Below, in pieces: positions 31,301-42,834 of a stretch of 64,000 nucleotides of DNA. The stretch is from positions 1 to 64,000 of the forward strand of contig LT642147.1 in assembly GCA_900128585.1 (NCBI GenBank), written 5' to 3'. The DNA comes from Stramenopiles sp. TOSAG23-3. Lineage: Eukaryota. Positions within the stretch are counted from its first letter, which is position 1. Every line of letters begins with the position of its first letter. A model generated the notes under the pieces. That model saw only the letters and a list, made by a program, of their open reading frames with translations. It had not been told where the DNA came from and made no database searches. Both the position numbers and the translations under genes were made by a program.

Positions 31301-33996
31301 CATTCCACGCGCCCCTGTTTATGCAAAAAACAATCTAAATCTTCCAGCACCAGGCATGCGTAATCGTCGATGTGGCTGTTCACCCCAGGTCCGTACGCAA
31401 TGTAGTGAAAAACGGCGGAGGAAAACCTGAACGGTCCGTGGAACATGTACCGATAAAGGTCCCAGAACTTCATCGGAGCGCTGGGATCGATAGATTTAGG
31501 GAGGCATCTTCCCAGAGTACGACTCCAGGCATTCAATGCAAAGTTCAAGCACGGGCCCCAGGCAGCAGTTGCAAATTCCGAATGTGCCGTGAGATCGAAG
31601 TAAGGCTTCATCGGGGTGGAGGCCGTCACAATTTCAAACACTTTGTAGTCCGTGCTTCCTGCCAGCATAACGTCGCGTTTCCAAGTGCACCACGGTGTCG
31701 AGTTCAACACGGCCAAGACAACCCCTCCACGGACACGGAGCTTGTCTGCACGAAAAAGGCTGTGGTAAAAATTGCGAACTGTAATATCGATGGCACCTAT
31801 GTCAATGCACGCATCACCGGCATACACATCGACGAACCCGTGCTCTACGGGCGGATCTGTGCAAGAGTCCCAGCTGATTAGTTTTTGGATAGCAACGTGC
31901 CGTGGGTAATCGTGTGTAGAAACGTCGATACCGATATTCGTCGCGTCTATGTTGAACAAGGCCTTGCGCTTTTTGGTTTGACTATCTATCTTGTCACTTT
32001 CGTCCTGGTACTCGTTCGGCAATTGGGTTTCTTCATCCTCAAACCTGAGGGACAGGTGTTTGACCACAATTTTGAACCACTTCCCTTTGTGGGACAAGGT
32101 CGCCGCCAACGCTTCGTCCTCGCTCAGCACAGATTTCTTCCGCTTTATTTTTATGCTCAGTAAAGAAAAGACGCGGGCCTTTATCCCTTTGAGTTGCAAC
32201 AAGAAAATTGAGATTAAATTCCCGAGAGGCACTCGATTGTCCACGTATGCATGTGCACTATCCACCGAAACCTTTCCGAACATTCCCACCTTCCCCGACG
32301 GTTCGTGCGTAACGGAGGGTTCGAACGTGACGATCAGGCCCCCTAATTTGGCCAGGTCGAAATGTTTGGTGTGTTGAAAGGCGGAGAGATGAAAAATTGG
32401 AAGGGCGTGAACCTTCACCTCCCCTCTCGTCGTTTTTGCGCTGCTGATGACTAAACGATCGGCTTCTCCAGAGAACCCGGTGTCCTTCGCCACATAATAT
32501 TTCAAAAGGAACTGCAAGAATTCTATATTAGTATCACACAGTATCGTTTTCCTCCGTTTTCTGGCGTCTCGTTTCCCTTCATCGGCACCCCCGACTGCTC
32601 CCCCAGGCGGGACCGCAACCGTCGACTCCCTAAATGCAAAAAGTCGTTTCAGCAACAGGGCATCCGAAATCAACGTCTCCACGAGTGCCGGAAATATAAC
32701 AACTTGGCAGTCTTTCGCGTTCGCTCTGAACTTGCATGCGATCTCTGAAGACTCGCCCTGGATCTCGGGGAGCGTCGGGCCCTCTAACTTTGCTGTCAGA
32801 TCTTCTATCCTAATGTTCGAGTAGTAGGTTGAATTCGCGTACTGTCGCACGTCTTTGAAGTTCAGGCGTTCTACTTCGACGGCAGCCTCTGTCGAGTTGC
32901 CGTCTGACAGCACGACAGAAGCATTGTCTACGACAAGCTCTAACGAACTTGGGGATTCAATCTTAAACTCAATTACGTTTAGCTCCAGCCGTCTCTGTTT
33001 CGGCGTGTGGCCCTCCGGGACAATTGTAAACGCCGACTTAAACATGGACTCAATGCGGAGAAGGGTCCGGTTTGCCCCCCGACTACTGTCGCTGCCCCCA
33101 ACAAGAAGAAATTCTACGGATCGGACATCAACAGAGCCCGCTCTTAAGGTTATAGCAGGCGTTTTGGTCCCCACTGACGTTTTCTTCCCCATCCTTTTCG
33201 GGGGGCTTTGGGGCAGCATTTTAAGAACGTGCTGGTTAATCATCACAGAAATATTTTTAGGAAAAGCTATGCCGACGGACTCCAAGACTATCCCGCCCTG
33301 GTTTGCTGTACGAAACGAGATGTTGGCACTGCACGACGGCAGCACAAGGGGGGAAAACCCAGGGTCCTCCGTTAGAATATTGCACCCGACGACGGACAAC
33401 GCATTGGCGCAGATTCCCGCAAGCTCATCGTCGGCGCCGTGCTGCCAACTTATACATTTTAGCGAGAACGACACGTGGTCCGCGCTGTCCACGCTGTCTG
33501 CGTGCACGACTACATGCACGTCTTCCACGCGAAAGCAAATGGCCGCAAATAGTGCAGCGAGGCGCCCGCCTGGTGATTTTGGCTTTGCCCCATGCCCTTT
33601 TACGGTCTCTGCGTTCCCTGGCTTGCCCTGTCTCCCAGCAAAACTTTTCCGCGTGAATTTTGCACTAACGCCGCTCACTTTAATACTTATGGGACTCTTG
33701 CGCTCAAAGTCCCCAAAAATTATACGCCTGACTTCGCATTCTATCTTGATCAATTTTATGGACAGCACTTCATCGTCCCTCCCACAAAAATCGATGCCGT
33801 GCACTTCCTTTTTTAAAACATCGATGGACTTGACCGTGACCCGCTTCGCAATAAACCCCGGCGGACGCGTCGAGATTACGTACGCAATCAAATGGTTTAC
33901 TGCGGCAGCAAGCAGGTCTGGCGACAGCAAAAGCAAGATAAGCCCGCCTATTAAGGTTGCAGACAAGACGCTAAGAATGATTGTGCTCCACCACAT
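28351..33996 (-). CDS. BLTP2: Bridge-like lipid transfer protein of the Hobbit/Fmp27/SABRE family
   Basis: N-terminal TM anchor; KSIDPSAPMKFWDLYRYMFHG (Fmp27 GFWDK-type motif); Apt1-like C-terminus YFKRARVGEIQVKVS...TWQNFLKEL. 1881 aa. Confidence 0.75.
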   Translation of the reverse strand: MWWSTIILSVLSATLIGGLILLLLSPDLLAAAVNHLIAYVISTRPPGFIAKRVTVKSIDVLKKEVHGIDFCGRDDEVLSIKLIKIECEVRRIIFGDFERKSPISIKVSGVSAKFTRKSFAGRQGKPGNAETVKGHGAKPKSPGGRLAALFAAICFRVEDVHVVVHADSVDSADHVSFSLKCISWQHGADDELAGICANALSVVGCNILTEDPGFSPLVLPSCSANISFRTANQGGIVLESVGIAFPKNISVMINQHVLKMLPQSPPKRMGKKTSVGTKTPAITLRAGSVDVRSVEFLLVGGSDSSRGANRTLLRIESMFKSAFTIVPEGHTPKQRRLELNVIEFKIESPSSLELVVDNASVVLSDGNSTEAAVEVERLNFKDVRQYANSTYYSNIRIEDLTAKLEGPTLPEIQGESSEIACKFRANAKDCQVVIFPALVETLISDALLLKRLFAFRESTVAVPPGGAVGGADEGKRDARKRRKTILCDTNIEFLQFLLKYYVAKDTGFSGEADRLVISSAKTTRGEVKVHALPIFHLSAFQHTKHFDLAKLGGLIVTFEPSVTHEPSGKVGMFGKVSVDSAHAYVDNRVPLGNLISIFLLQLKGIKARVFSLLSIKIKRKKSVLSEDEALAATLSHKGKWFKIVVKHLSLRFEDEETQLPNEYQDESDKIDSQTKKRKALFNIDATNIGIDVSTHDYPRHVAIQKLISWDSCTDPPVEHGFVDVYAGDACIDIGAIDITVRNFYHSLFRADKLRVRGGVVLAVLNSTPWCTWKRDVMLAGSTDYKVFEIVTASTPMKPYFDLTAHSEFATAAWGPCLNFALNAWSRTLGRCLPKSIDPSAPMKFWDLYRYMFHGPFRFSSAVFHYIAYGPGVNSHIDDYACLVLEDLDCFLHKQGRVECKSAKGSIQRKKIVPSSAAADVGQCLVEMKSLALAIGYVWHVPDAEGFDHYVQLHEHRVKVLRKGKQLRDVFAAFRAKGMEIDIFLGAESATAVVEWHRHISWFTDVYNSFMDPLEAYWTTPPRTIPTIGYIMSSYSFDMKLGNVFLAIDDDSIGEKQDAIITSDVLRVFYSARYKMSSFEPGEMNQVYVDLTGAHLYFTPTGVRRIDAITDPPVFDSKSLYWTLNHNENIANITTIRSGRLRWTVDARDLVVDLINLLWTSPGDIDDDAGLEKVTEEHHLNNGGTQGDSRNSTGLAESHSESGADADPTSPILEKVSVSSSEDAGLALGEGKRLEVSQSTPLTNRMLHQRTLSTEPEHDEMSLLNLLTKRQFQEESDSPSALSIETRRTREDSYDTSEPNTPRSVHREFGGPRPSNLHRRRKSSESAGPSPVARKSRAGSKVAAKWWEDIDFTYDYKVMVFELQVYFLSTITHSGMLLSTPSVEVAGRHKFEDGVSSLMGKERMDELYVETSNVEIYVAPGDVEMRRDPWLGQNQESPSQSSPDPLSGKSKETPIEKKASYTIEGDLLGALAPNAVSSEDQNIYRLALSSPKIQLANQSFTNYAPWVRLRIETIKAKTISPEFYQILDVVRNVLLAPPKAANSSGGDKTSSANAEVNEEKDAATDALSVDEVEDILENQQSANGESNLLSVLSYELEGLVWTLQSMNDGPPIDLGIRGVHGEHLFYEDTSTEVKIDVSNLCIVDMKPGALAAIHFEDSSMVLRSVLEDRKQSTENLIEVRAHISPQIDVRNNEVSIYDRIEIVLFPGTNYFLSVQLTDTVAKALSQFFFGEEATNAVFEEETELCAEEILLGTLVSREEDSEEDQSEGNSDDENEADDEEDAQGTKDQFVYFKRARVGEIQVKVSAQGFAKGLNLNAWRLKVSPFSKSAALLTWQNFLKELQWHVINSLLKSAGKNLFIGTSGKSKIVDTEDEAGLLLGQNL

Positions 33997-34307
33997 ATTG
34001 AGCAGCAGGGCCCTAAGAGTGTTCTCCCTCTTCGAAACTCAATACGTACCGCACGTGCTTGGCGTTGGTTTCGTGGAACAAGGAAGAGTAGTATGTTTAT
34101 AGATCATCTCTCCTAAAAAAATCTTTAATCGTGTAAAATGTTAGCTCTGATGAATTGTTTTCTTTCCAATAAAATGTCGACAGGTGGTTGGTTATAATAA
34201 TTTTCAAATTTTCTTTTCTCTTCCTTTCTTCTTTTTTTTGTATTTTAATAATATTAATAATATTTTATTATTATATTATTTTTTTATTCACACACCACCA
34301 CCATCAT

Positions 34308-34383
34308 CTTTTTCTTCTTCTTCTGTCGTCTTCCTTCTTTTTTTCTTCTTTTCTTTCTTCTTCTTCTTCTTCTTCTTCTTCTC
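34308..34383. repeat. (TTC)n microsatellite
   Basis: T/C tract in a divergent intergenic region. Confidence 0.85.
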
Positions 34384-35343
34384 GGCTCGGTCGGACTGTG
34401 TGCATTAAAGCTTTAAGGAAGAAAGTAAACAAAAGAATAAATCCTACAATGATAATACTATATTTTGTATTATTCATACACCGTGTTCTTTCCTATAATT
34501 AATATAACAATTACATAGTAGACCTATTTGATTCTATTCTAAATATATTTAAGGGTTAATTTCCTTCCTTTATATCGATCTGTCATCTGTCATTTTGAAA
34601 CTACTTTTTTGGTTCATTCATTCATTCTTCTCGAAGCATTTATATTTATACTCTTCTTCTATTTTTTCCCTTCTATTTCCATATTAGTAATTAATTTAAA
34701 AAAAAAACGATTTTTTGAAAATTATACCAATGCTCTCTTCTAGTTATGGAATTAATAATAAAAGGGGAGGGTTTTTTTCAATAAAAATATTTTATTTTTT
34801 TAATTATGTTTACTATTCCTAAAAAAGGGATATTGATAATGATTCAATATGTATAGAACATTTATATTAAATAAATATAACATTATGATAATTATTAATT
34901 TTATAAATATTGTTAGATATATAATAATGACAAATTATTATTTTATTTTTGTATTGAAATGTCCACCATCCATCATCGAAGAGAACAATGAAAATAATAG
35001 TAATAATTATTTTTATTATTATTATTAACTTTTAATTTATAACGACCCTTCCTTCCCTGTGCTGCTGCTTCATCCCTCATCAAGTTTTCATTTTTTTTAT
35101 ATTATTTGCTTGCTTGCTTTTTTTTAACTTTTCTTTCTTCCATATAAGTAACTGAAGAGAGAAGCGTCGTGTGAAACGGTTCAATGGGAATAGATAGTTG
35201 GAATAAGAAATAGATAGTTGGAAAACGAAGTAGGAACGGACTAACGATTGCACATTCAAAAAGATACTGCACAAACGAATTAAAATTACACTTTGTAATA
35301 CACAACCGTTTGAATAAGTAAACACACAGAACAACGTAGCACT

Positions 35344-36270
35344 ATGGATATGCGAAGCAGAGCCAGGCGGATGGCGGACGAGCAAGAGAAGGCCAGGCCG
35401 ACGTACAGACCAACTGCGGGGGGGGCAACCGACGTGGACGGGTTGAAAACTTTTGTGAAGATGGGGGATGATTATCACTACGGAAGACTGGCAGAAAACA
35501 CCATTATGGTAACGTGTACCCACTCCAACTTGAATCAAAAGCATGTCGACCTTCGCTTCGACCTTCATACAACTGTGTTCGACGTGAAGAAACGCCTCGC
35601 CCTTCACAACGGGACGCCCCCAGGGGACCAAAAGTTGTACATCAAGGATGGCGACATGATCATCGGGGAGCTGGACGACGACTCCCGCATGATGGGATTC
35701 TACTCGATACAGAACGGTCAGGTCTTGCACGTTGTCGACACGAACCCGTTTTCCATGTCTGCGAACGGGGGATTGGAGGACACTAGCCTGGTCAAGAAGT
35801 ACGAAATGAGCGACGAAGAATACAACAAACGCAAGAACACGCTGCGCTCCTACAAGCGCGAGATGTTAAAAAAAGACCCAAACTTCAAGTTCGATTGGAG
35901 TCAGGCAGGGAAAGACGGCCTTAAGGGCGTCAAAGGCAAAGAGAACAAAGCGGAGAAGGTGTACCCAGGCCCCGAATCGGTAGCGAGCATGGCCGTCGGG
36001 AACCGCTGCGAGGTGAACCCGGGCGGTCGACGTGGAGAAGTCATGTACCTTGGCACCGTTTCTGAAATTGCCCCGGGCCACTGGGTTGGGGTAAAGTTTG
36101 ACGAGCCTTTGGGAAAGAACGACGGGTCCGTGAAGGGCAAGCGTTACTTTCAATGCCCCAACCGATACGGTGGCTTCGTCCGCCCCATGAACCTGCACGT
36201 TGGCGATTTTCCGGAAAAAGATTTGTTCGACGATAGTGATCTAGATAGCTCCGACGAAGATGAAATTTAA
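35344..36270 (+). CDS. TBCB: Tubulin-folding cofactor B (Ubl + CAP-Gly)
   Basis: Ubl domain ending LHVVDTNP, then VKKYEMSDEEYNKR, then CAP-Gly WVGVKFDEPLGKNDGSVKGKRYFQC. Confidence 0.93.
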   Translation: MDMRSRARRMADEQEKARPTYRPTAGGATDVDGLKTFVKMGDDYHYGRLAENTIMVTCTHSNLNQKHVDLRFDLHTTVFDVKKRLALHNGTPPGDQKLYIKDGDMIIGELDDDSRMMGFYSIQNGQVLHVVDTNPFSMSANGGLEDTSLVKKYEMSDEEYNKRKNTLRSYKREMLKKDPNFKFDWSQAGKDGLKGVKGKENKAEKVYPGPESVASMAVGNRCEVNPGGRRGEVMYLGTVSEIAPGHWVGVKFDEPLGKNDGSVKGKRYFQCPNRYGGFVRPMNLHVGDFPEKDLFDDSDLDSSDEDEI

Positions 36271-37058
36271 ATTCGACCGAGGGTGTATTTTTCGGCGTAT
36301 ATTTTTGAGTGTGCGTGCGTGTGTGTGTTTGTATGAAATGGGCAAGATCCTAGTGTTCTGTGTTCGATCGATGCTGGTGCTGGTTCGACTGGGAGCCATC
36401 AAATAAATATAAATTTAAGAACTCTTAAGATTTTACTTTCATATAGACCATAGCTAAAAAATTTATATTCATCTTTTTTTTATCACACGCACCCGTACGA
36501 GCAGAAGGAATGCTCCTCCTGTTTAGTATTTTACATAGCAATATATATGATAAACTATACATATATATTGTATTACATTATATTATAATAGAGCAATAAA
36601 CAGTATTATATTATATTTCAAGTATACAATATAAACAAATCAAATAGGAAATAATAATTCAATGAAGAAATAATAAAATAGAAGGGACACAACATTAGGT
36701 TCATATATTATTAGAGAGAGCTATCTATATTATAATAAGAAATATTGAATCAATAAAGAAGAAGAAAAAAAAGGAAAGAAAGAAAGAAAGAAAGACGGAG
36801 GAAGACGGAGGAAGAGGAAGATATAAATGGTGGATGTGGATGTGGATGATATGATGGGGCTGTGGTGAGCTCCTCCTCAAAATATAATATGGTGGGTGGA
36901 AAATAAAAACAAAGCAATAATCATATTCTTCGTAAATAATTCCCGTTTGATTGAATTATAATATAGAAGCAAAGAAACCTAGTGACTAGCAGAGAGAGAG
37001 AGAGAGAGAAACAGTGTAACCAAGGTAAAAATTACCGTGTTATTTACGAGAAGAAACC

Positions 37059-37871
37059 ATGTCACTTCTACTTTTTCAAAAGCAAAAGGCTGACCATGCG
37101 CAGCTCCGGGAGCAGTTTGAAGGTGAGTTCGAGGAACTTTTTGAATCCGTGGCGCAAAACTGCCAACAAATTGGCGTGCTGGACGAACATCGAGAGACCC
37201 TGAAGAAATTGGTGGACAAGGCCATCTTGATAGACATGCGCGCAAAGACGTTTTCCGATGCAATAGATTCTGGGAAAAGTCAATACAATGACTACCTTAT
37301 GAGGAAGCAGGAGGCGGCGGCCGGCCGTGCCTCGGAAAGCATCAACGAAAACGACGACGGTGCAGGGAGCAGTAGCGGCGCTTCCTCGAGGAAGCGCTCG
37401 GCCCCGTCGCCGTCCCCGGACTCCAGCGCTGGGGGGGAGCCGGTAGCGCCCTGTTTGTCGAAAGTCGTGGAACAATACATGGCAGAAAACGCAGCGGAAG
37501 AGCTGTCCGAGGAAGACGCAAAGTCCCATCGATTCAGCGCCTCTTGCGGATCCAAATTGGGGGCGAACGAAGAATTGGGGGATGACGAAGAGCTGCGCAT
37601 CGAAGAGGAAACGATAAGCCTTAGGTGCCCCATTACTCGGCAAAAGATGGTGGAGCCGATGAAGTCGAAAGTTTGCGGACACGTTTACTCGAAAATAGGC
37701 ATATTCTCCCTTCTCAAAGGGAAGAGAAACGTAAAGTGCCCGATAGCTGGGTGCAACAAGCAGATTTCGAAAGGGAGCCTGGTGCTCGACAAGGAACGGG
37801 AAAAGTTTATAATTAGGGAGAGCAACAAGCGTGCAAGGCACGCTTCGCAAGCGTCCTCGTCTCAGTATTAG
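37059..37871 (+). CDS. NSMCE2: NSE2/MMS21 SP-RING E3 SUMO ligase (SMC5/6)
   Basis: Helical N-terminus, acidic DDEELRIE linker, then SLRCPITRQKMVEPMKSKVCGHVYSK...CPIAGC. Confidence 0.85.
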   Translation: MSLLLFQKQKADHAQLREQFEGEFEELFESVAQNCQQIGVLDEHRETLKKLVDKAILIDMRAKTFSDAIDSGKSQYNDYLMRKQEAAAGRASESINENDDGAGSSSGASSRKRSAPSPSPDSSAGGEPVAPCLSKVVEQYMAENAAEELSEEDAKSHRFSASCGSKLGANEELGDDEELRIEEETISLRCPITRQKMVEPMKSKVCGHVYSKIGIFSLLKGKRNVKCPIAGCNKQISKGSLVLDKEREKFIIRESNKRARHASQASSSQY

Positions 37872-38607
37872 CATTGAAACACCCCCCCGTGTACATACAT
37901 ACCATACCTGTGTGAGATGTTACAATTTCATTTCATATCTCTAATCTTGCTAATTTGAACAAAGATCTCTTATACTTAATATTTTAATAAATAAAATAAA
38001 AAAATTTACTAATAATAATAATTCGTACTATTTCGTATACTCTACCGTTTTTAAATATACTATACATATAGGCAATACGTTAAGTAAGAATATGAAACAA
38101 ATATAAGAATAATAATAGCTATAGTAACCGGTATGAATCAACCACAACAATAGGAAGTATTTTTATGTAGAAGTACTACTATACTAGTCTATAATACAGT
38201 ATCAGCCCTTTAATTGTTAAATTATTTTAAAAATCCAATTTCAAAAGCAAACATACTAATGTTTGATACATTTTATAACATTTATATGTATATTATTAAT
38301 CTATATTATATTATATATAAACTATGTAATTACATTATATTATTTTTTTAGTTTGTTCTTAAAACATTTTCCCTCCTCCTCCTCTGTTGGTTGTGGCTGC
38401 TTAATCTATCTCATTTTAATTAATTTTTTTGTGTATTACCAAACGAAAGAAGAATGAATGAAACGTACGAGGATTGAAGGGTTCATGAAAGAAAAAAGAT
38501 CCCATCGGTGCCTTGCTGAAAGAAACGTTGCCCGAGATAGTTTAATCGTGTCCACAATAGCCAGATTATCAAAACAGTTCCCTCCCTTCCTACAAGGTGC
38601 AAAAACC

Positions 38608-38850
38608 ATGTCGAACGACCGGAAGAGTGCGTCAGAACACGCTGCAATAAATTACGGCGGGTCCACTAGTGACTCCAGCCTTAGCGCGAGTGAACTTCGG
38701 AGGCGTCATGGAGTCAGGGACAACAAACGACAGTGGGCCAGTACCGCTGCGCCAGGAGTTAGTACTGGCGATGGGGATGGGGGCGTGGTTATGGTTGCGA
38801 TCGTCGCGGTTGTATTTGTTATCGCTATAGTCGCCTACTTCATGCGGTAA
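38608..38850 (+). CDS. Small single-pass membrane protein; possibly extended by a 44-nt intron (38847-38890) to a stop at 38966
   Basis: GC-richer coding-like island, ELRRRH motif and TM helix VVMVAIVAVVFVIAIVAYF. The stop codon overlaps a GTAAGT donor. Confidence 0.55.
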   Translation: MSNDRKSASEHAAINYGGSTSDSSLSASELRRRHGVRDNKRQWASTAAPGVSTGDGDGGVVMVAIVAVVFVIAIVAYFMR

Positions 38851-39344
38851 GTTTGTATGGGCATGAAAGTAGTTGGGCCATTGAAACCAGTGAGAAGACA
38901 CTGCCCAGCTCGAAACGACCTCTTGCCCCTGGTGAAACGGGTGGGCGTGCAGTGCCAGAGGCTTAACGACACAATTTACTGGAAAGACGAGATTTACTTC
39001 AGAGGTAATATTCTATACGAACGAGTACACCTGTGTATTTTAAATACAGACTCTATTTTTTAATCATTTTAAGCCATTATTTTTTCCCCCTTCTCTTCTG
39101 AAAACCACTCCGTGGCTATGGTCCACAACAAACACCTCGGTTGGTTCAAGGGTGTGGCATCACGTCTTCGTGGCGACTCCCTTTCTTCTTATGGAGAATG
39201 GGTCTTCCGCTCGAAAAGTGCCCAATAACTCCCTGTCCCCGTTTCCGTGGTCCGAAAATCCTCTCTCTAGCAGTGCACAGCGTGTGTGCGTTTACTCGTT
39301 TCGCTCGAGCCAAACGCTGCCCGGAGGGACGCCTCCCCGATCAT

Positions 39345-40034
39345 CTATGCCAGTAAATTTCGTAGAAACATGGCAACCACAAAAAATATACACATGGAAT
39401 GGGTGGCCAAGACATTGCCAATGCCGCAATCTAGCTCATCATAAAAGTTCTCCGGCTCGGCCTGCGCGGCGCCACAGCTTGCGCACCAGTGGGGCTGGTA
39501 TTGCTCGTTGTAATCGAGATCGTTTGACCCCAGGCACTCCCACAAAATTTTGCACAGCCAAAACATGGAGGACTTGTAGCACGTGTTCGTCTCCTCGCAG
39601 TTGCACTTGGCATTGCGCTTCCCCTTAAACACGAGGTTGTCGTACGAGGCGCACATCCCATCGCAACTTGCGGACCGCTTCTCAAACCTTCCTGGTGGGC
39701 CAAATCTTTCCCTTTTCAGCGCATCTAAATTATCTTTACAGCATTTCTCCATCTCGTAAACGTGACGTTCGCGACTGAGGACCAACTTTCTAGGCTTGCA
39801 CTCCGAGCCCGGGGGGCAATCCGCTTTTGTATCGCAAATCTTTAAAGGGTTTTGTATGTAGTCGTCGCACCGTTTGAAACACGACCGTCCAGTGGCCTCA
39901 GTAGCCATGTAATCTTGATACACGACAATGTTGCATTTCGACGCTGTCCCCGCCCCCCCCTGGCCTTTTGCAAACGAAAACAAGCCGGCCAATAGGACAA
40001 GTAAGTTGGCGAGGAACCGTTTGGACCCTGTCAT
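39345..40034 (-). CDS. Secreted Cys-rich protein with a possible GPI-anchor signal
   Basis: Signal peptide MTGSKRFLANLLVLLAGLFSFAKG, many cysteines, hydrophobic C-terminus MCIFFVVAMFLRNLLA. Confidence 0.7.
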   Translation of the reverse strand: MTGSKRFLANLLVLLAGLFSFAKGQGGAGTASKCNIVVYQDYMATEATGRSCFKRCDDYIQNPLKICDTKADCPPGSECKPRKLVLSRERHVYEMEKCCKDNLDALKRERFGPPGRFEKRSASCDGMCASYDNLVFKGKRNAKCNCEETNTCYKSSMFWLCKILWECLGSNDLDYNEQYQPHWCASCGAAQAEPENFYDELDCGIGNVLATHSMCIFFVVAMFLRNLLA

Positions 40035-41044
40035 TGCGCTGCGACTGAGAACAAACAAAATGGTCACTGCGCACACTTTCCCCCGCGCCTGTGTGTAAGG
40101 TTGGTGATAGAAGTTGCCTTTCTTTCGGTTTGCCTTCTTGCAATGGTAACGGTGGTTGTCAACGCTTTTGGCACTATCGTGTTTTATGCATTCACACACT
40201 TGTTTCTTTCAAGTCATCAGTCTATTTATCTGCTGTGTATTATTAATTTAAAAACATTTATTATTAATAATATTATTATTATTATTATAAAAGAAGAAGA
40301 AGTCGAGAGTTGATTCTCTTCTTCTTCTTCCTTCGTTGTTGTTGTTGTTTGATGCTATTTTTTTAATTATATAATTTATTATTATTATTTATTATGGCTT
40401 CTCTGTGCTGGCACAACAAAACAGAACAAAACAAATATAAGAAAACAAACACCATCATCCACATTTTCTTCTATCCAATTATCGTTCTTTAATTAATTTG
40501 CTCTTTGCTGTGTGGTACGTACGAGGTCCTGGCATTTTGAAGTTTCCTCTTCTACTCGTAGCGGTCAGAATTATTTATTATTTGCAATAAGTAAAGTAAC
40601 TAGGACAATATTAATAACTATAGACGAAGACGACTATTAATTAACACTCTCTTCTCGAATCAGATTTTCCCTTTGCTGTTTTGTTGCTATAATACCGTAC
40701 TTCGTTTAATATTTTATTGAATTTATTATATATTTGTTCTGGTTTTGCTTTTACAAAATTGCAAGACACACTATATTCATATAGTCTATCTAATATACGC
40801 AAGTTATTTGTATTGTTGTAACAAAGTAAATATTCTATTACGGTCGGTTTGGTGTATTACTCTAAAGTATAATATTAACTTTTTAATGCTAAATAACTTG
40901 ACGTTAAATTATTTAACCCCTCTATAATTCTAATACTCTCTCTGTCAACAACAACGAATGAACAAAAACTGGAACACAATGCATGTGCAAGGAGGCGCAA
41001 AAGAGCAGGCGGGGAATTCCAGACGAACTCCCCATACAACCTCT

Positions 41045-41974
41045 CTACAGCCCGACCCCTGCCCCTTGGGGGAAAAAATCTCTCAACGTCGCGTTTGCAC
41101 CTTCGACTTCGGGGTCAATGTGGTACGTAAACCCAGGAACCTTCGGATCCGTCGCCCTTTGAAACGCAAAGCAAAGTACTGCCCGGGCCCTCTCGCTTTT
41201 GTTTCCCCCGCCCAGATGGGCACAGCGCGAATCCATGACGTAAACATCGCCCCCTTTGCACTCGATCGCAGCGTCCCTGATTATTTCGTCCGTGAACACG
41301 ACCCGCTTCGATGGCGTCGATCCCTCCCCGCCGTCGTTGTCTCCCACGATCATGTCCTCCAGCTCCCCCTCGCTGTTGTACGTCTCTTTTTTCACTACGA
41401 CAGTTTCGTGGAAGGACGGTAGGTGAGTCTTTTCGAGCACGTGGGTCGGCCCCATATTCAGGTTAATATCATGGAGCGCCACGAACACGCTGGCGAGCCC
41501 CGGCAGCCCCGTCGCAGGGTCGTCGTCCAGCTTGCCGAAGGGAATATCGGAATGCAATCCCTGGGGCGCGGCGCCGGGGAAGGTGAGCAAGACGCTTAGC
41601 TCGACCAACGGTCCGTCATCCCCGCAAAGGCTTTGAAACATCGCTTTCGCACTCCTGTCCGCCCCGCAAACATGGTCCAGGATGGGTTTGATTTCAGGGG
41701 ACAAAGGAACGGGGAAGGAGTGCCTGTTTTTCGGGGAGTCCACAATATCAAATATTCTCCCGAGCTTGTACCGAAGCGATGAACTTTTTTCCTCCTGAAG
41801 CCGCAAAACAAAGTCCAGCGCCCGCGAAGTAACATCTTCTGGCAAACTGTGCCGAAAAACAGTGAACCCGCGCCGAACCAATTCGTCAGTGTATACATTG
41901 GACGAGGCGCCCGTTCCCTCCCGTGCGAGGGACCCGAAACACCTCGCCGCTGCCAAGAACGGACGCAGAAGCAT
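41045..41974 (-). CDS. PhyH-family 2OG-Fe(II) dioxygenase, possibly mitochondrial
   Basis: GFTVF, PGAAPQGLHSD, SVFVALHDINLNMGPT, GDVYVMDSRCAHLGGGN and RAVL. Arg/Ala/Leu-rich N-terminus. Confidence 0.85.
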   Translation of the reverse strand: MLLRPFLAAARCFGSLAREGTGASSNVYTDELVRRGFTVFRHSLPEDVTSRALDFVLRLQEEKSSSLRYKLGRIFDIVDSPKNRHSFPVPLSPEIKPILDHVCGADRSAKAMFQSLCGDDGPLVELSVLLTFPGAAPQGLHSDIPFGKLDDDPATGLPGLASVFVALHDINLNMGPTHVLEKTHLPSFHETVVVKKETYNSEGELEDMIVGDNDGGEGSTPSKRVVFTDEIIRDAAIECKGGDVYVMDSRCAHLGGGNKSERARAVLCFAFQRATDPKVPGFTYHIDPEVEGANATLRDFFPQGAGVGL

Positions 41975-42834
41975 GGTCTGGGTGGCAACCGGCTGTGTTA
42001 CAGAACATCCAACGCTGCCGTTCTAAACTCGCCAAACGAAGTGTGTAGTGTGTATTGTTCTAAGTTTATGTGGGTTTTAATTGTTTGAACAACAGTGGCG
42101 TGTGCGTTTAAGTGATCGTTTGTATTTATGGTGGTGGTTTATTATTATTAGATTATGCAGTAGTATATATAAGAAGAAGTAATGTAATATATTTGTTGAT
42201 GATTATTGAGAATTGAGAAGCATTGTTCTTCTAGTAGTAGTGCTATACCAAAAATAATTTTAAAAAAAAGAAGAGGAGAAGACTAATAAAAAATAATAAT
42301 TGATTTAATAGCTAGACTATACAGTGTAATAAGAAGAGAAGAAGAAGACAACATCCTTTTTTTTTCTTCTTCTTCTTCCTTTCTTATAAAAAGAAGGTAT
42401 AAAATAACAAAACATCTTCTTCTTTCTAAAAAAATAAAAAATAATAATTAAAAAATATCAATCCCACCACCGTGTAATAATATATATAAATAATAATAGC
42501 GAATCTATATAATAAAATAATAAAAGAAGAAAAGCAAATTAATTATATATATTATGCTATGGCTATATAATATAATAAAATAATAAAAGAGAAGAAGAAG
42601 AGAGAATTCAATAAATAAATAAAAAATAAAAGAGAAGAAGAAAAAAGAAGATGATGAACTACGAATAACTTATATTAGATTAAACTAAACGTAGTCATTT
42701 ATACTATTCTCCCTATTTAATTAATAGAATAGAAATTGTAATAATAGACATATGCTGTGTCTATTTAATATATATATATAGGTGCTACAATAGTATTAGA
42801 CTATGGAATAATAAATTGGAAGAATGAATATTTA

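Noticed and set aside
32855-34102. 415-aa plus-strand ORF
   Set aside because: Antisense shadow of the BLTP2-like gene, with no domain features.
36361-36400. GGTTCGA T-loop-like motif suggesting a tRNA
   Set aside because: No cloverleaf stems could be formed around it.
16227-37871. BIN4, HOP1, NSE2 and the Tudor-HMG gene as a functional chromosome-biology cluster
   Set aside because: They are interspersed with unrelated genes in mixed orientation; chance proximity in a compact genome is sufficient.
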